A DNA stretch of 64,000 nt from an uncultured Gammaproteobacteria bacterium (GTDB lineage: Bacteria; Patescibacteriota; Microgenomatia; UBA10105; UBA927). The stretch is taken from NCBI GenBank assembly GCA_964394685.1, contig CAYMYO010000002.1:34148-98147 (forward strand). The letters are read 5' to 3'. The notes beneath the pieces were generated by a model, which was not told the DNA's origin, searched no databases, and was given only the letters and a program-made list of their open reading frames with translations. This document shows, piece by piece, positions 8,916-19,572 of this stretch (position 1 is the first letter of the stretch; the number at the start of each line of letters is the position of its first letter). Made by a program: the position numbers and the translations under genes.

Positions 8916-9971
8916 TCATACTTCAACGGATAAATCCGGAACTGCTTCGATAGTGTGCCAGTTAACAGGAGTTCCACGGAAGAATGCATAGCTTCCAATA
9001 TATGCGGCGTTATCCGTGCAGAGCGCGACGGGAGGGCAATGGAAATTAAAAGGTAATTTCTGAAACTTTTTACGAAGTCTTAGATTTGCAGCAACACCGC
9101 CGCCAATTAAAATCGATGAAGCGTTATGCAATTCAGCTGCTTTTATTGTTTTTGCTACCAATACATCAGTAATTGCTTCTTGGACTTCATACGCAAATTC
9201 ACTTTGCAATACTTTTTCTGATTTGGATCCTGAAACAAGTTCAGGATGACAAGCATGCCATGTTCTCATGATTGCAGTTTTGAGTCCTGAAAACGAAAAA
9301 TTGAGTGTATCGTCATGAAGGAGTGGGCGGGGTAATTGTATTTTGTATTTAGTATTTTGTATTTTGTATAACGAGGCAGATTCTTGGATTGCGAGACCTC
9401 CTCGGGAACCAAATCCCAAAAGCCGGGCAGTTTTGTCAAACGCCTCTCCAGCTGCATCATCAATAGTTCCTCCGAGCCATTTCAATTCTTTAACACTATT
9501 CATGAGAAATAGTTCTGTGTGTCCACCTGAGACAACAAGACCGATTGCTGGAAATGCAATTGGACAGTCCCTCGACTTCGCTCGGGACGAATTTTCATTC
9601 GAAGACGAAAGAAAATTCGCATACAAATGAGCAAGAACATGATTAACTGGAATAAGAGGTTTTTTGGTCACATATGCAATTGTTTTAGCAGTTTCAACAC
9701 CAATAAGAAGTGATCCGATGAGTCCCGGACCGATGGTAACTGCAATTGCGTCAATTGAATCATACATGAGATGAGCTTCTTCCAACGCTTCTTGAATCGT
9801 CGGGAGAATACATTTTAATTGTTCCCGCGATGCTACTTCCGGTACAATCCCGCCATATTTTTCATGCATGGCAGAAGATGATGCTATGACATTACTTAGA
9901 ATTGTTGTTCCGTCTTTTATAACAGCAGAAGCTGTTTCATCACAGGATGATTCAATTGCGAGTATGGTCAT
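8916..9971 (-). CDS. tsaD: tRNA N6-adenosine threonylcarbamoyltransferase TsaD (Kae1/YgjD family) with three in-frame repeat-derived insertions
   Basis: MTILAIESSCDETASAV, VSGGHTEL and FSFSGLKT motifs; extra loops SSSNENSSRAKSRDC, KIQNTKYKIQ and ACHPELVSGSKSEKV are encoded by repeat sequences. Confidence 0.8.
   Translation of the reverse strand: MTILAIESSCDETASAVIKDGTTILSNVIASSSAMHEKYGGIVPEVASREQLKCILPTIQEALEEAHLMYDSIDAIAVTIGPGLIGSLLIGVETAKTIAYVTKKPLIPVNHVLAHLYANFLSSSNENSSRAKSRDCPIAFPAIGLVVSGGHTELFLMNSVKELKWLGGTIDDAAGEAFDKTARLLGFGSRGGLAIQESASLYKIQNTKYKIQLPRPLLHDDTLNFSFSGLKTAIMRTWHACHPELVSGSKSEKVLQSEFAYEVQEAITDVLVAKTIKAAELHNASSILIGGGVAANLRLRKKFQKLPFNFHCPPVALCTDNAAYIGSYAFFRGTPVNWHTIEAVPDLSVEV
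9225..9252. repeat. half copy of the family-1 element (hairpin A plus ATGACAA terminus) inside tsaD
   Basis: GGATCCTGAAacaagTTCAGGATGACAA; translated in-frame on the minus strand as CHPELVSGS. Confidence 0.55.
9338..9369. repeat. GTATTTT heptamer tandem repeat (about 4.5 units) inside tsaD
   Basis: gtattttgtatttagtattttgtattttgtat; encodes KIQNTKYKIQ on the minus strand; same array at 38289-38327. Confidence 0.6.
9566..9601. repeat. hairpin repeat family 4 (TCCCGAGCGRAGTCGAGGGA, R = a/g) inside tsaD
   Basis: The reverse complement of gtccctcgacttcgctcgggac is near-identical to the intergenic atcccgagcggagtcgagggatt at 17498-17520; followed by the palindrome cgaattttcattcg. Confidence 0.5.
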
Positions 9972-11112
9972 AGGATTTAAGTTTTATGCTGATGTAAAGC
10001 ACGGATAACATGAGAAACTGGACGACAATGAGAGCTTTCGCAGGTCCTACAGAATCAGCGATGAATCCCAAGATAGGCGAGAATAGTCCGTAGAACACAT
10101 TGCCGAAGAAGGAATTTATTGATGCGAGGGTCGCCCTCTGTCCCTCGGAATATTCTTTCTGCATGAGGTTGTTGATGCTGACTTCCTTTGCTCCGTAAAA
10201 AAGCGAAGCGGATGCTGTAATGACCGGTGAAAAAACAGTCGGGACTCCGTAAGCAATGAAATTGATAACACGTGTATATGCATACGTGACGATGAGGATA
10301 TTATACTGGCCGATTTTCCGGATAATCTTGCCGCTGAACCAGAAGCTTAAAAATGCCGCGCCAAATGACAGCATTCTCGAAAACCCGATTGCCCAGAGAG
10401 GCCAGAGTGTGCCGATGAACGCGGCATTGAAATGAAAAGATGACTCGCCGATGCCGTAGCTAACGATATCCGCAAGAGAAAGAAGCCTGAGTTTTTTATT
10501 GTTCCACAGGCGGAGCGATGAAATGCGTATGTGGGAAAAAATATTTGCTTTTTCCCGTGACGTTTTTTCCGGTTCCCGAAGAAAGAGGGATATGAAAAAA
10601 CACAAGAACTGGGGAACTACCGAGAGCCACATGACGAGGGAAAACGATTGCGCCGCAAGCACACTTCCGACAACCGCCCCGACCATGAGGGCGATCTGAA
10701 ACATGGATTTTGTTTTTCCAAGATAATGGGAGAATGTCTCTTTTTTTCTGGATTCCCTAAGAGAGTCGTAGAGGAAAGCATCATTGTTTCCGCTGTACCA
10801 GGAGCGGGATAGTCCTTCAAGAAGCGCTCCGATAAAAAGTGGCCAGTACGAACCTCCTATTGCGTAAAAAACAGCAGAGACGGCTGCTGAAAATGCGCCG
10901 AGCATGACAGTTTTTTTCCGTCCGATCATGTCTGAAAAAATTCCTGTCGGTACTTCAAAAATTGCTGACGAAACCATAATAGCGGAAAAAAGGCTCATAG
11001 CAAGCGTATACGAGCCGGTTATTTTTGCAAAATAAATGACCAGTACGGCACTATGAAATTTAAAATCCGTAAAGAAGTTAAATAGTGCGAGTAGCTTGAT
11101 ATTTCGCTCCAT
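9952..11112 (-). CDS. MFS transporter
   Basis: 386 aa with about 12 predicted TM helices and MFS-like loop motifs; overlaps the tsaD start by 20 nt. Confidence 0.65.
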   Translation of the reverse strand: MERNIKLLALFNFFTDFKFHSAVLVIYFAKITGSYTLAMSLFSAIMVSSAIFEVPTGIFSDMIGRKKTVMLGAFSAAVSAVFYAIGGSYWPLFIGALLEGLSRSWYSGNNDAFLYDSLRESRKKETFSHYLGKTKSMFQIALMVGAVVGSVLAAQSFSLVMWLSVVPQFLCFFISLFLREPEKTSREKANIFSHIRISSLRLWNNKKLRLLSLADIVSYGIGESSFHFNAAFIGTLWPLWAIGFSRMLSFGAAFLSFWFSGKIIRKIGQYNILIVTYAYTRVINFIAYGVPTVFSPVITASASLFYGAKEVSINNLMQKEYSEGQRATLASINSFFGNVFYGLFSPILGFIADSVGPAKALIVVQFLMLSVLYISIKLKSYDHTRN

Positions 11113-11123
11113 ATTAGTCTATT

Positions 11124-11540
11124 TTACTCAACTTCGAGGGATTTGGCGAGTGAAGTAGTGGAAATGTTGGGAATGCGAGGGATAATAACTGCTTTAGCGC
11201 TAATTAATTCTGCCTGTTTTTGTTTTTTTTCAAGTATTGGGTCTCCTTCTGTTAAGGCAATAATATCTGGACGAATATTTTTTATGACGTCAAAATATTC
11301 TTCATCTGTTTTAAGCGGAGAAATTGAAATAACTTCGTCAACAAATTTGATAGCAAGAAGCATTTTTTTCCGTTCCTCTTGGGTGTGGACCGGTCGATGT
11401 TCTCCTTTTAATTTTTTTATCGTTTCATCGGACTCTAACAGTACCGCAAGTTTGTCACCCAGTTTTTTCGCCTCTTCCAAAAAATATATATGACCGATAT
11501 GAATAAGATCAAAACATCCGCCCACCAAAACTGTTTTCAT
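11124..11540 (-). CDS. cytidylyltransferase-like nucleotidyltransferase (TagD/RfaE domain II-like)
   Basis: VLVGGCFDLIHIGHIYFL is the (H/T)xGH nucleotidyltransferase motif. Confidence 0.6.
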   Translation of the reverse strand: MKTVLVGGCFDLIHIGHIYFLEEAKKLGDKLAVLLESDETIKKLKGEHRPVHTQEERKKMLLAIKFVDEVISISPLKTDEEYFDVIKNIRPDIIALTEGDPILEKKQKQAELISAKAVIIPRIPNISTTSLAKSLEVE

Positions 11541-12916
11541 TGTTTTACTCCCTTAAGATACACTGCTTGCCAAGGACGGTAATTAGATACGAAGGTTTTT
11601 TCAAATATCACTTTTCCTTCTTTTGTCACGCGATAATCAAACGATGCTTTTGCTCCCCATGCGGCAAAGTCAACTTGTTTGACTGTTCCAACGGGAAGTG
11701 TCGGATCATCTTGATAAAGAGCCGGTGGTGGAGCAGATATTCCTCCGACAACATGATTAAGAATTTCCGCTTTTCTTCCATCAGTTGCTCCATAAAATTC
11801 AAACGCAAGATTAACATTTGCTAAGTCAATTTTTGTTTGGATTAATATATATACAGGAGTATCGTTAATAAATTTCAGATCTTCCGTGGGATTAAACACT
11901 GTTGCATCAAGTCCTGCTTTTGATCCGTCATCTTCATAATAATGAACACGGTATGAATGTGCACTTCGTTCAGTAACGGGAAGTCCTGCGTTGAGCGCTG
12001 CTCGAAATAATGTTGTTGAAACCTGACAAACTCCGCCACCATCACCGAGTACCGTTCTCCCATCTTTAATAATATATGCAGACTGATACCCAGTTGCTGC
12101 TGAGATATCTCCAACCGTGTCATTAAAAGAAAACGTTGTTCCTGGGGGAATAAGCACTCCATTGAGTTTTGCTGCAGCAAGAGCGACATTATGTATGCGC
12201 CCTGCGATAGATCCCGGAAATTCAGAATATCCGCGACCAATGAGTTCCTTAATACCAAATGAATTTGTTTGCTTCGTTGAGATGATTGGTTCAATTGTGT
12301 CAATTGGAATTGGTAGAATAATCAGTTTTGTGTTTGTTTGGATTGCTGATAAAAGGGCTTCTACAAATCGTTCTCGCAGTTTTTGAACATGTACCACTCT
12401 CCCTTTTTTTGATGGTTTAAAGGCAATAACCTTTCCTTTTGTAAATTGGAAGAGCGCGTTTTCCACTGGAATATTGATCGTTTCTGATATAGATGTAATA
12501 AACTGGTCTACCGCATCCGTATCCCATCGAAGTGAAGGGGGCAGATTGATTGGTTGTTTAAAATACCGCTGTCTTATGTTACTTAAAAAATGTTTTGACC
12601 GTCCGACTGATAGTGCTTGCGTTGCAGAAAGCGTGGCATCATATGATAAACCAAGTGTCTCTGCTGAAAGTGTTGCTATGTGAGATTCGAAGCGAAATTC
12701 AAATTGAATATTCGTAAGAGTGTTGTTTTTGTCGAGCCAAAATATCTCAACTTCTTTTTGTGTTTTTCCTCCAAATGGAACGTTTCCGATTGAAACAGTT
12801 GGGTAAACACGATTCAAATATGAGGTCTCAAATTTCCATACGTATCCGGCACATACGCCAAAAACGATCATGATGATCGAACAAACGATTATAGCCTTGT
12901 GGTTTCTTTTTTGCAT
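11537..12916 (-). CDS. VanW family protein with N-terminal membrane anchor
   Basis: GGGVCQVSTTLFRAALNAGLP matches the VanW signature; N-terminal TM segment. Confidence 0.6.
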   Translation of the reverse strand: MQKRNHKAIIVCSIIMIVFGVCAGYVWKFETSYLNRVYPTVSIGNVPFGGKTQKEVEIFWLDKNNTLTNIQFEFRFESHIATLSAETLGLSYDATLSATQALSVGRSKHFLSNIRQRYFKQPINLPPSLRWDTDAVDQFITSISETINIPVENALFQFTKGKVIAFKPSKKGRVVHVQKLRERFVEALLSAIQTNTKLIILPIPIDTIEPIISTKQTNSFGIKELIGRGYSEFPGSIAGRIHNVALAAAKLNGVLIPPGTTFSFNDTVGDISAATGYQSAYIIKDGRTVLGDGGGVCQVSTTLFRAALNAGLPVTERSAHSYRVHYYEDDGSKAGLDATVFNPTEDLKFINDTPVYILIQTKIDLANVNLAFEFYGATDGRKAEILNHVVGGISAPPPALYQDDPTLPVGTVKQVDFAAWGAKASFDYRVTKEGKVIFEKTFVSNYRPWQAVYLKGVKQ

Positions 12917-12985
12917 GGTATGATTATTGTATACTACGAAAACTTAAATACGAAATACGTTTTCTCAGTATGCACCCATCTAATC

Positions 12986-13049
12986 AGCTTTTTCGCTTAA
13001 GAAAGCTGTCCTTCGATAATACTCAGGATCCTGAGCCTGTCGAAGGACA
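12986..13049. promoter_or_regulatory. tandem and nested hairpins immediately upstream of the substrate-binding protein gene (candidate operator or 5'UTR structure)
   Basis: agctttttcgcttaagaaagct (6-bp stem), then gtccttcga...tcgaaggac (9-bp stem) enclosing the perfect 14-bp palindrome ctcaggatcctgag; ends 13 bp before the ATG. Confidence 0.35.
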
Positions 13050-13061
13050 AACCTGAGTAAG

Positions 13062-14552
13062 ATGGGTACACACGATTTTTTTATGATGACGCCAGTAACA
13101 AGTGCAAACGCGCAACCACAAGGGGAAATTACATTCAAACCAGAAACGGTTGTTGTGCCACCACAAAGCAACACTCCTTCAGCGATTGTTCCGGAGGTTC
13201 CACAATCTTCTTCACCTGTTCCACCACCTAATCCATGGCCGAAACGAATAATTGCATTTATTATTATCATTATTCTTATCATCGGCGCTGTCTTTGGAGG
13301 ACGATTTATATTTGGTATGTTGGAAGGATCAAAACAAGTAACAATTACCTATTGGGGATTATGGGAAAGTGATGCAATTGTAAGGCCGCTCATTACCTCG
13401 TTTGAATCAACGCATCCAAAAATTAAAGTGCAATATATCAAGCAGTCACATAAACAATATAGAGAACGGTTGCAAGCTGCAATTACTCGTGGAGAAGGTC
13501 CGGATGTATTTCGTTTTCATAATACTTGGGTTCCAATGCTTGTTCAAGAATTACAACCAGTTCCAGAAACTGTCATGACAACAAGTGAATTTCAAAGCAC
13601 GTTTTTTCCTGTCGCTTCCAATGATCTTATTGGCGGAACAACTATGTATGGAATACCGCTCATGATTGACGGACTGGGACTCTATTACAATGAAGATTTA
13701 TTTGCTCGGGCTGGAATAACGACACCACCGACTACATGGGCAGAGGTGTTGGCAATGATACCAAAAATTGCAAAGCCCGAAGGAGAAACGTTTGCGGTGT
13801 CGGCGATTGCTTTAGGGACAACCAATAATGTGGAGCATTATTCGGATATTCTGGCAACCATGTTTATGCAAAATGGAGCAAATCTCACTGCTCCAACAGG
13901 TAAAGAAGCGGAAGAAACACTTTTATTCTACAGAAAATTTTCAAATCCGAATGATCCGCTCTATACATGGAACGAAACAATGGATAATTCCATTTATGCA
14001 TTTGCATCCGGAAAAGTTGCCATGATCCTTGCCCCTTCATGGCGAGCATTTGATATAGCCGACACGAATCCTTCATTACGATTTAAAATTGCTCCCATTC
14101 CGCAATTACCGGGAAATACAGTAAATTGGGCCTCATATTGGGTAGAAGGAGTTTCTTCAAAAAGTAAATATCCAGCCCAAGCCATGGAATTTATGAAATT
14201 TTTGACAAGTAAAGAAGGAGCAACTATCCTGTATTCAGAAGAAGTCAAAGCAAGGAAATTATTTGGAGAACCATATGCGCGCATGGAACTCGCAAGCTCT
14301 TTAACAAACGATCCGTATGCAGGAGCGTATGTGACTCAAGGAAAGGATGCGCGATCATTTCCACTTGCATCCCGGACATTTGATAACGGACTGAATGATA
14401 AACTCATTAAGTATTTAGAGGACGCATTAAACGCTTTAAAAACAGGATCGTCACCAACTGCGGAACTTGAAACAATGAAACTGGGGTTTCAACAAATATT
14501 TACGACTTACGGGCTTACAACAAATACCACCTCTGCCCAACAACAGCCATAA
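13062..14552 (+). CDS. extracellular solute-binding protein (ABC transporter family 1 substrate-binding protein-like) with N-terminal TM anchor
   Basis: TM helix IIAFIIIIILIIGAVFGG, then TITYWGLWE...KVQYIKQSH...LQAAITRGEGPDVF typical of sugar-binding SBPs; no adjacent permease genes. Confidence 0.6.
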   Translation: MGTHDFFMMTPVTSANAQPQGEITFKPETVVVPPQSNTPSAIVPEVPQSSSPVPPPNPWPKRIIAFIIIIILIIGAVFGGRFIFGMLEGSKQVTITYWGLWESDAIVRPLITSFESTHPKIKVQYIKQSHKQYRERLQAAITRGEGPDVFRFHNTWVPMLVQELQPVPETVMTTSEFQSTFFPVASNDLIGGTTMYGIPLMIDGLGLYYNEDLFARAGITTPPTTWAEVLAMIPKIAKPEGETFAVSAIALGTTNNVEHYSDILATMFMQNGANLTAPTGKEAEETLLFYRKFSNPNDPLYTWNETMDNSIYAFASGKVAMILAPSWRAFDIADTNPSLRFKIAPIPQLPGNTVNWASYWVEGVSSKSKYPAQAMEFMKFLTSKEGATILYSEEVKARKLFGEPYARMELASSLTNDPYAGAYVTQGKDARSFPLASRTFDNGLNDKLIKYLEDALNALKTGSSPTAELETMKLGFQQIFTTYGLTTNTTSAQQQP

Positions 14553-15460
14553 TGATAGTATCAATGAGGTCACGTATTCTTGCTGCTATTTTATATGCTG
14601 ATATTTTTCACTACCCACTGACTATCCGCGAGCTCACGCAGTGGATAGTGTCTGATACACCAATTTCTCCTCGTGTCATACAAAACCACATAAAGAAGCT
14701 TGTGAAAAAAAATAAAATAGGGTACACACCACCGTTTCTTTATGTGTCTGGTCACAAAAAAACAATTCAATTTCGCATTGAAAGGCTTGCTGCCTCAACA
14801 AATAAATGGCAAAGAATTCGTAAAACTGTGAAAATTCTTACGTATATTCCAACGATCTGTTTGGTTGGGGTGACTGGGGGACTTGCGGTAAATAATGCTA
14901 ATAACCAAGATGATATCGACCTTCTCATCATTGCCCGGCACAATACATTGTGGGTGACACGGTTTCTTACGACACTATGTATTGAGCTATTCTCAAAAAG
15001 AAGGCATCCAAGAGATATACACGTTGTTAATGCTATTTGTCTAAACATGTTTTTGACTGATAAATCGCTTCAAATACCACAAAAAGAACAAGGATGGTAT
15101 ACAGCGCATGAAGTGTTGCAAATGGTTCCTCTATGGCAAAGAAACAATATGTATATGAAATACCTTCGTGCGAATAGTTGGACACAAAAGTGGTTTACCC
15201 GACGATACGAATTCCAAAAGCAGATTCAAATACCTTCGTACAATACTAGAAACAACAATATCAAATGGTATCAGGTGTTGGAACAACCACTCAAGGTATT
15301 TCAATTATGGTATATGAGGAAAAGAAGGACTACGGAGGTGGTTTCTGAATCAGTTATTAGGTTTCACCCGAACGATGCCCGTATATGGATACGGAAATCA
15401 TTCCTCACGAAACTTCGCCTGTATAAAGTTCCTCTTGACAAGAAGCATAATCAAATTTAA
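14552..15460 (+). CDS. nucleotidyltransferase-fold domain protein
   Basis: GVTGGLAVNNANNQDDIDLLI fits the minimal NTase motif G[GS]x9-13 DxD. Confidence 0.45.
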   Translation: MIVSMRSRILAAILYADIFHYPLTIRELTQWIVSDTPISPRVIQNHIKKLVKKNKIGYTPPFLYVSGHKKTIQFRIERLAASTNKWQRIRKTVKILTYIPTICLVGVTGGLAVNNANNQDDIDLLIIARHNTLWVTRFLTTLCIELFSKRRHPRDIHVVNAICLNMFLTDKSLQIPQKEQGWYTAHEVLQMVPLWQRNNMYMKYLRANSWTQKWFTRRYEFQKQIQIPSYNTRNNNIKWYQVLEQPLKVFQLWYMRKRRTTEVVSESVIRFHPNDARIWIRKSFLTKLRLYKVPLDKKHNQI

Positions 15461-15463
15461 AAT
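15435..15463 (+). promoter_or_regulatory. sigma-70-like promoter for groES-groEL (TTGACA-17 bp-TAAAAT) followed by a degenerate CIRCE-like inverted repeat
   Basis: TTGACA at 15435-15440 and TAAAAT at 15458-15463 with a 17-bp spacer; CACTC-aaaaa-GAGTG at about 15470-15485 shortly before the RBS GAGGAGG. Confidence 0.4.
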
Positions 15464-15524
15464 AGCAGTCACTCAAAAAGAGTGCCAAAAAATTACAGAG
15501 TTACTTTTTCTAGAGGAGGTTTGT

Positions 15525-17481
<1,957 letters not shown>

Positions 17482-17491
17482 GAACTGTAAG

Positions 17492-17520
17492 TTCGAAATC
17501 CCGAGCGGAGTCGAGGGATT
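17492..17520. repeat. hairpin repeat family 4, intergenic copy
   Basis: ttcgaaATCCCgagcggagtcgagGGGATt; the same core lies inside tsaD at 9566-9601. Confidence 0.5.
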
Positions 17521-17545
17521 AAGTTTGATTTTATTGTATTAACTC

Positions 17546-17574
17546 AAAAACCCCGGGAAACCGGGGTTTTTGTT
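17546..17574 (+). terminator. rho-independent terminator of the groESL operon
   Basis: aaaaaCCCCGGgaaaCCGGGGttttt: GC stem followed by a T run. Confidence 0.8.
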
Positions 17575-17579
17575 AAGAT

Positions 17580-18413
17580 ATGAATAATTTTAGAAAAATT
17601 ATTAATATAACAAAAGGGCCTTTAAATTATTTTAGTAGCTTATTTCAAGTTATTCAGACTTTATATACAATAGTGTTATCTTTAATACTTTTTTATAACT
17701 CACCAATTACCTTAGATTTGCGTTATAGAATTTTATTTTTGAATCCACTAATTAAATCTGCCTTACTTCTATTATTATTTTTTTCCTTTTATTTTTGGAT
17801 AAAAAATATATTTGAAAAAACTCTGTTCATCCTCGAAAGCAATAAATTTAATGCGGGATTAGTAAAAAATATAGATTCAAATACAGGCTTAATGATAGAT
17901 GACTATCATAATATTCTTCCACCCAATAGAATAGTTGTTGAAATTTATAACCAGTTTTATTCGAGAGCAATAAAATGGTCTAAAGACTGTTATCTTGCAA
18001 ATTCAATTTTAGATATATTTTACAATAAAAAAAATATATCAATTAGTATTAAATTCGAATTTTTTTCGCCGAGTAAAAAATCAACAATTGAATTTCATTC
18101 AACAGATCTAAAAATTCCTCAAACAACTAGACTAGAACCAACTCAGCTACAAAAGGAAGACTTCAGAGTAAAATTTGTTCCCTTTTTTAACGAAAAATCT
18201 TGGAGAAGGCTCGTTGTAAATATTTTAGGCTTAGTTGAAAATGAAATAGCGGGGAGAGATTTTTATTTGTCTGTTGGTAGTGAGGTATTTGGGTCTACTA
18301 GAGTCTATTTAGATGCAGGATTTATTCCAAAAAAGGTTTTTACATATTATTTTAAAGATAGAAAGATATATCGTGACTTAAGTTGTACTGATCTGGTAAA
18401 ATTTGAATTGTAA
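17580..18413 (+). CDS. hypothetical protein in a markedly AT-rich ORF (possible orphan or horizontally acquired gene)
   Basis: 277-aa ORF, N-terminal hydrophobic segments; by eye AT content is clearly higher than in the flanking genes. Confidence 0.4.
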   Translation: MNNFRKIINITKGPLNYFSSLFQVIQTLYTIVLSLILFYNSPITLDLRYRILFLNPLIKSALLLLLFFSFYFWIKNIFEKTLFILESNKFNAGLVKNIDSNTGLMIDDYHNILPPNRIVVEIYNQFYSRAIKWSKDCYLANSILDIFYNKKNISISIKFEFFSPSKKSTIEFHSTDLKIPQTTRLEPTQLQKEDFRVKFVPFFNEKSWRRLVVNILGLVENEIAGRDFYLSVGSEVFGSTRVYLDAGFIPKKVFTYYFKDRKIYRDLSCTDLVKFEL

Positions 18414-18433
18414 TTTATTAGTTCCATAACATT

Positions 18434-18871
18434 ATGAAACCGGGAATTGATTATATCGGCGTATCCGTTGGAGCAATCATTTTCAATGATGAAGGGAAAA
18501 TCCTTTTATGTAAACGAAGTCAGAATGCAAAAAATGAACGTGGATGTTGGGAAGCTCCAGGAGGTGCAGTTGAATTTGGAGAAACATTGGAACACGCAAT
18601 TGTCCGCGAGATAAAAGAAGAGTTAGGTGTTGAACTCAAGTTATTAAAACAGATGCCGGCGGCCAATCACATTATTCCAGCTGAACACCAACATTGGATA
18701 CCATCTGCTTTTATTTCTCGTATTAAAGACGGAAAAAAACCAAAAATTATGGAACCAGATAAATGTGATGAGATTGGCTGGTTTCCACTCGACAATCTTC
18801 CAAGTCTATTATCTATCATTACCAAAATTGATGTTGACCGATATAAAATGAATAAAGTAGATATTTATTGA
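18434..18871 (+). CDS. NUDIX hydrolase
   Basis: Nudix box GGAVEFGETLEHAIVREIKEELGV (Gx5Ex7REUxEExGU). Confidence 0.75.
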   Translation: MKPGIDYIGVSVGAIIFNDEGKILLCKRSQNAKNERGCWEAPGGAVEFGETLEHAIVREIKEELGVELKLLKQMPAANHIIPAEHQHWIPSAFISRIKDGKKPKIMEPDKCDEIGWFPLDNLPSLLSIITKIDVDRYKMNKVDIY

Positions 18872-18936
18872 TTGACATAATTTCAGTATATGCGGATTTT
18901 ATGTTAATCAGTTGGTGTGAGTAATTAATTAATATT

Positions 18937-19572
18937 ATGAAACAACAAGTTGATTACGTTTCTCAGACCATTGATGTTTATGATGTGATAGCTGATTCGT
19001 ACGCTAAACAAGCGCTCAAGCATGGTCCGGGAGTTCAACGAAGACATTTTTGCTCACTTGTTAAAAAAGGTGGAAAGATTTTGGATGTTGGCTGTGGATC
19101 GGGAAGAGATTGTGCATATTTTGTAACGAAAGGATTTAAAACAGTTGGTGTTGATCTTTCAGATAATCTTCTTGAGATAGCAAAAAAAGCTGTTCCAAGG
19201 GCAACGTTTATAAAACAAGATATTCGAGCGTTGACAGTTGTTCCAAATTCTTTCGACGGCATTTGGTCTTGTACATCACTTCTCCATGTAAAACATGAAG
19301 AAATTCCAGCAACACTCCATGTATGGTTTTCTATATTAAAACCAGGAGGAATCTTATTCATTCATGTAAAAAAAGGAGAAGGTGAAGTTGAGCGAGTAGA
19401 TCCAAGTGTGCCAGGAATTAAACGCTTATTCTCTCTTTTTTTAAAAGAGCAAGTAGAAATGTATTGTAAACAAGCCGGATTTACTGTACTTTCTTGTTAT
19501 GAGGTAGAGGGAAAAGATTATGAGACTGGAAAATCACCAACAAAAATAAGTTGTTTTGCAAAAAAGATATGA
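18937..19572 (+). CDS. class I SAM-dependent methyltransferase
   Basis: Motif I ILDVGCGSGRD and motif II-like VGVDLS. Confidence 0.7.
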   Translation: MKQQVDYVSQTIDVYDVIADSYAKQALKHGPGVQRRHFCSLVKKGGKILDVGCGSGRDCAYFVTKGFKTVGVDLSDNLLEIAKKAVPRATFIKQDIRALTVVPNSFDGIWSCTSLLHVKHEEIPATLHVWFSILKPGGILFIHVKKGEGEVERVDPSVPGIKRLFSLFLKEQVEMYCKQAGFTVLSCYEVEGKDYETGKSPTKISCFAKKI

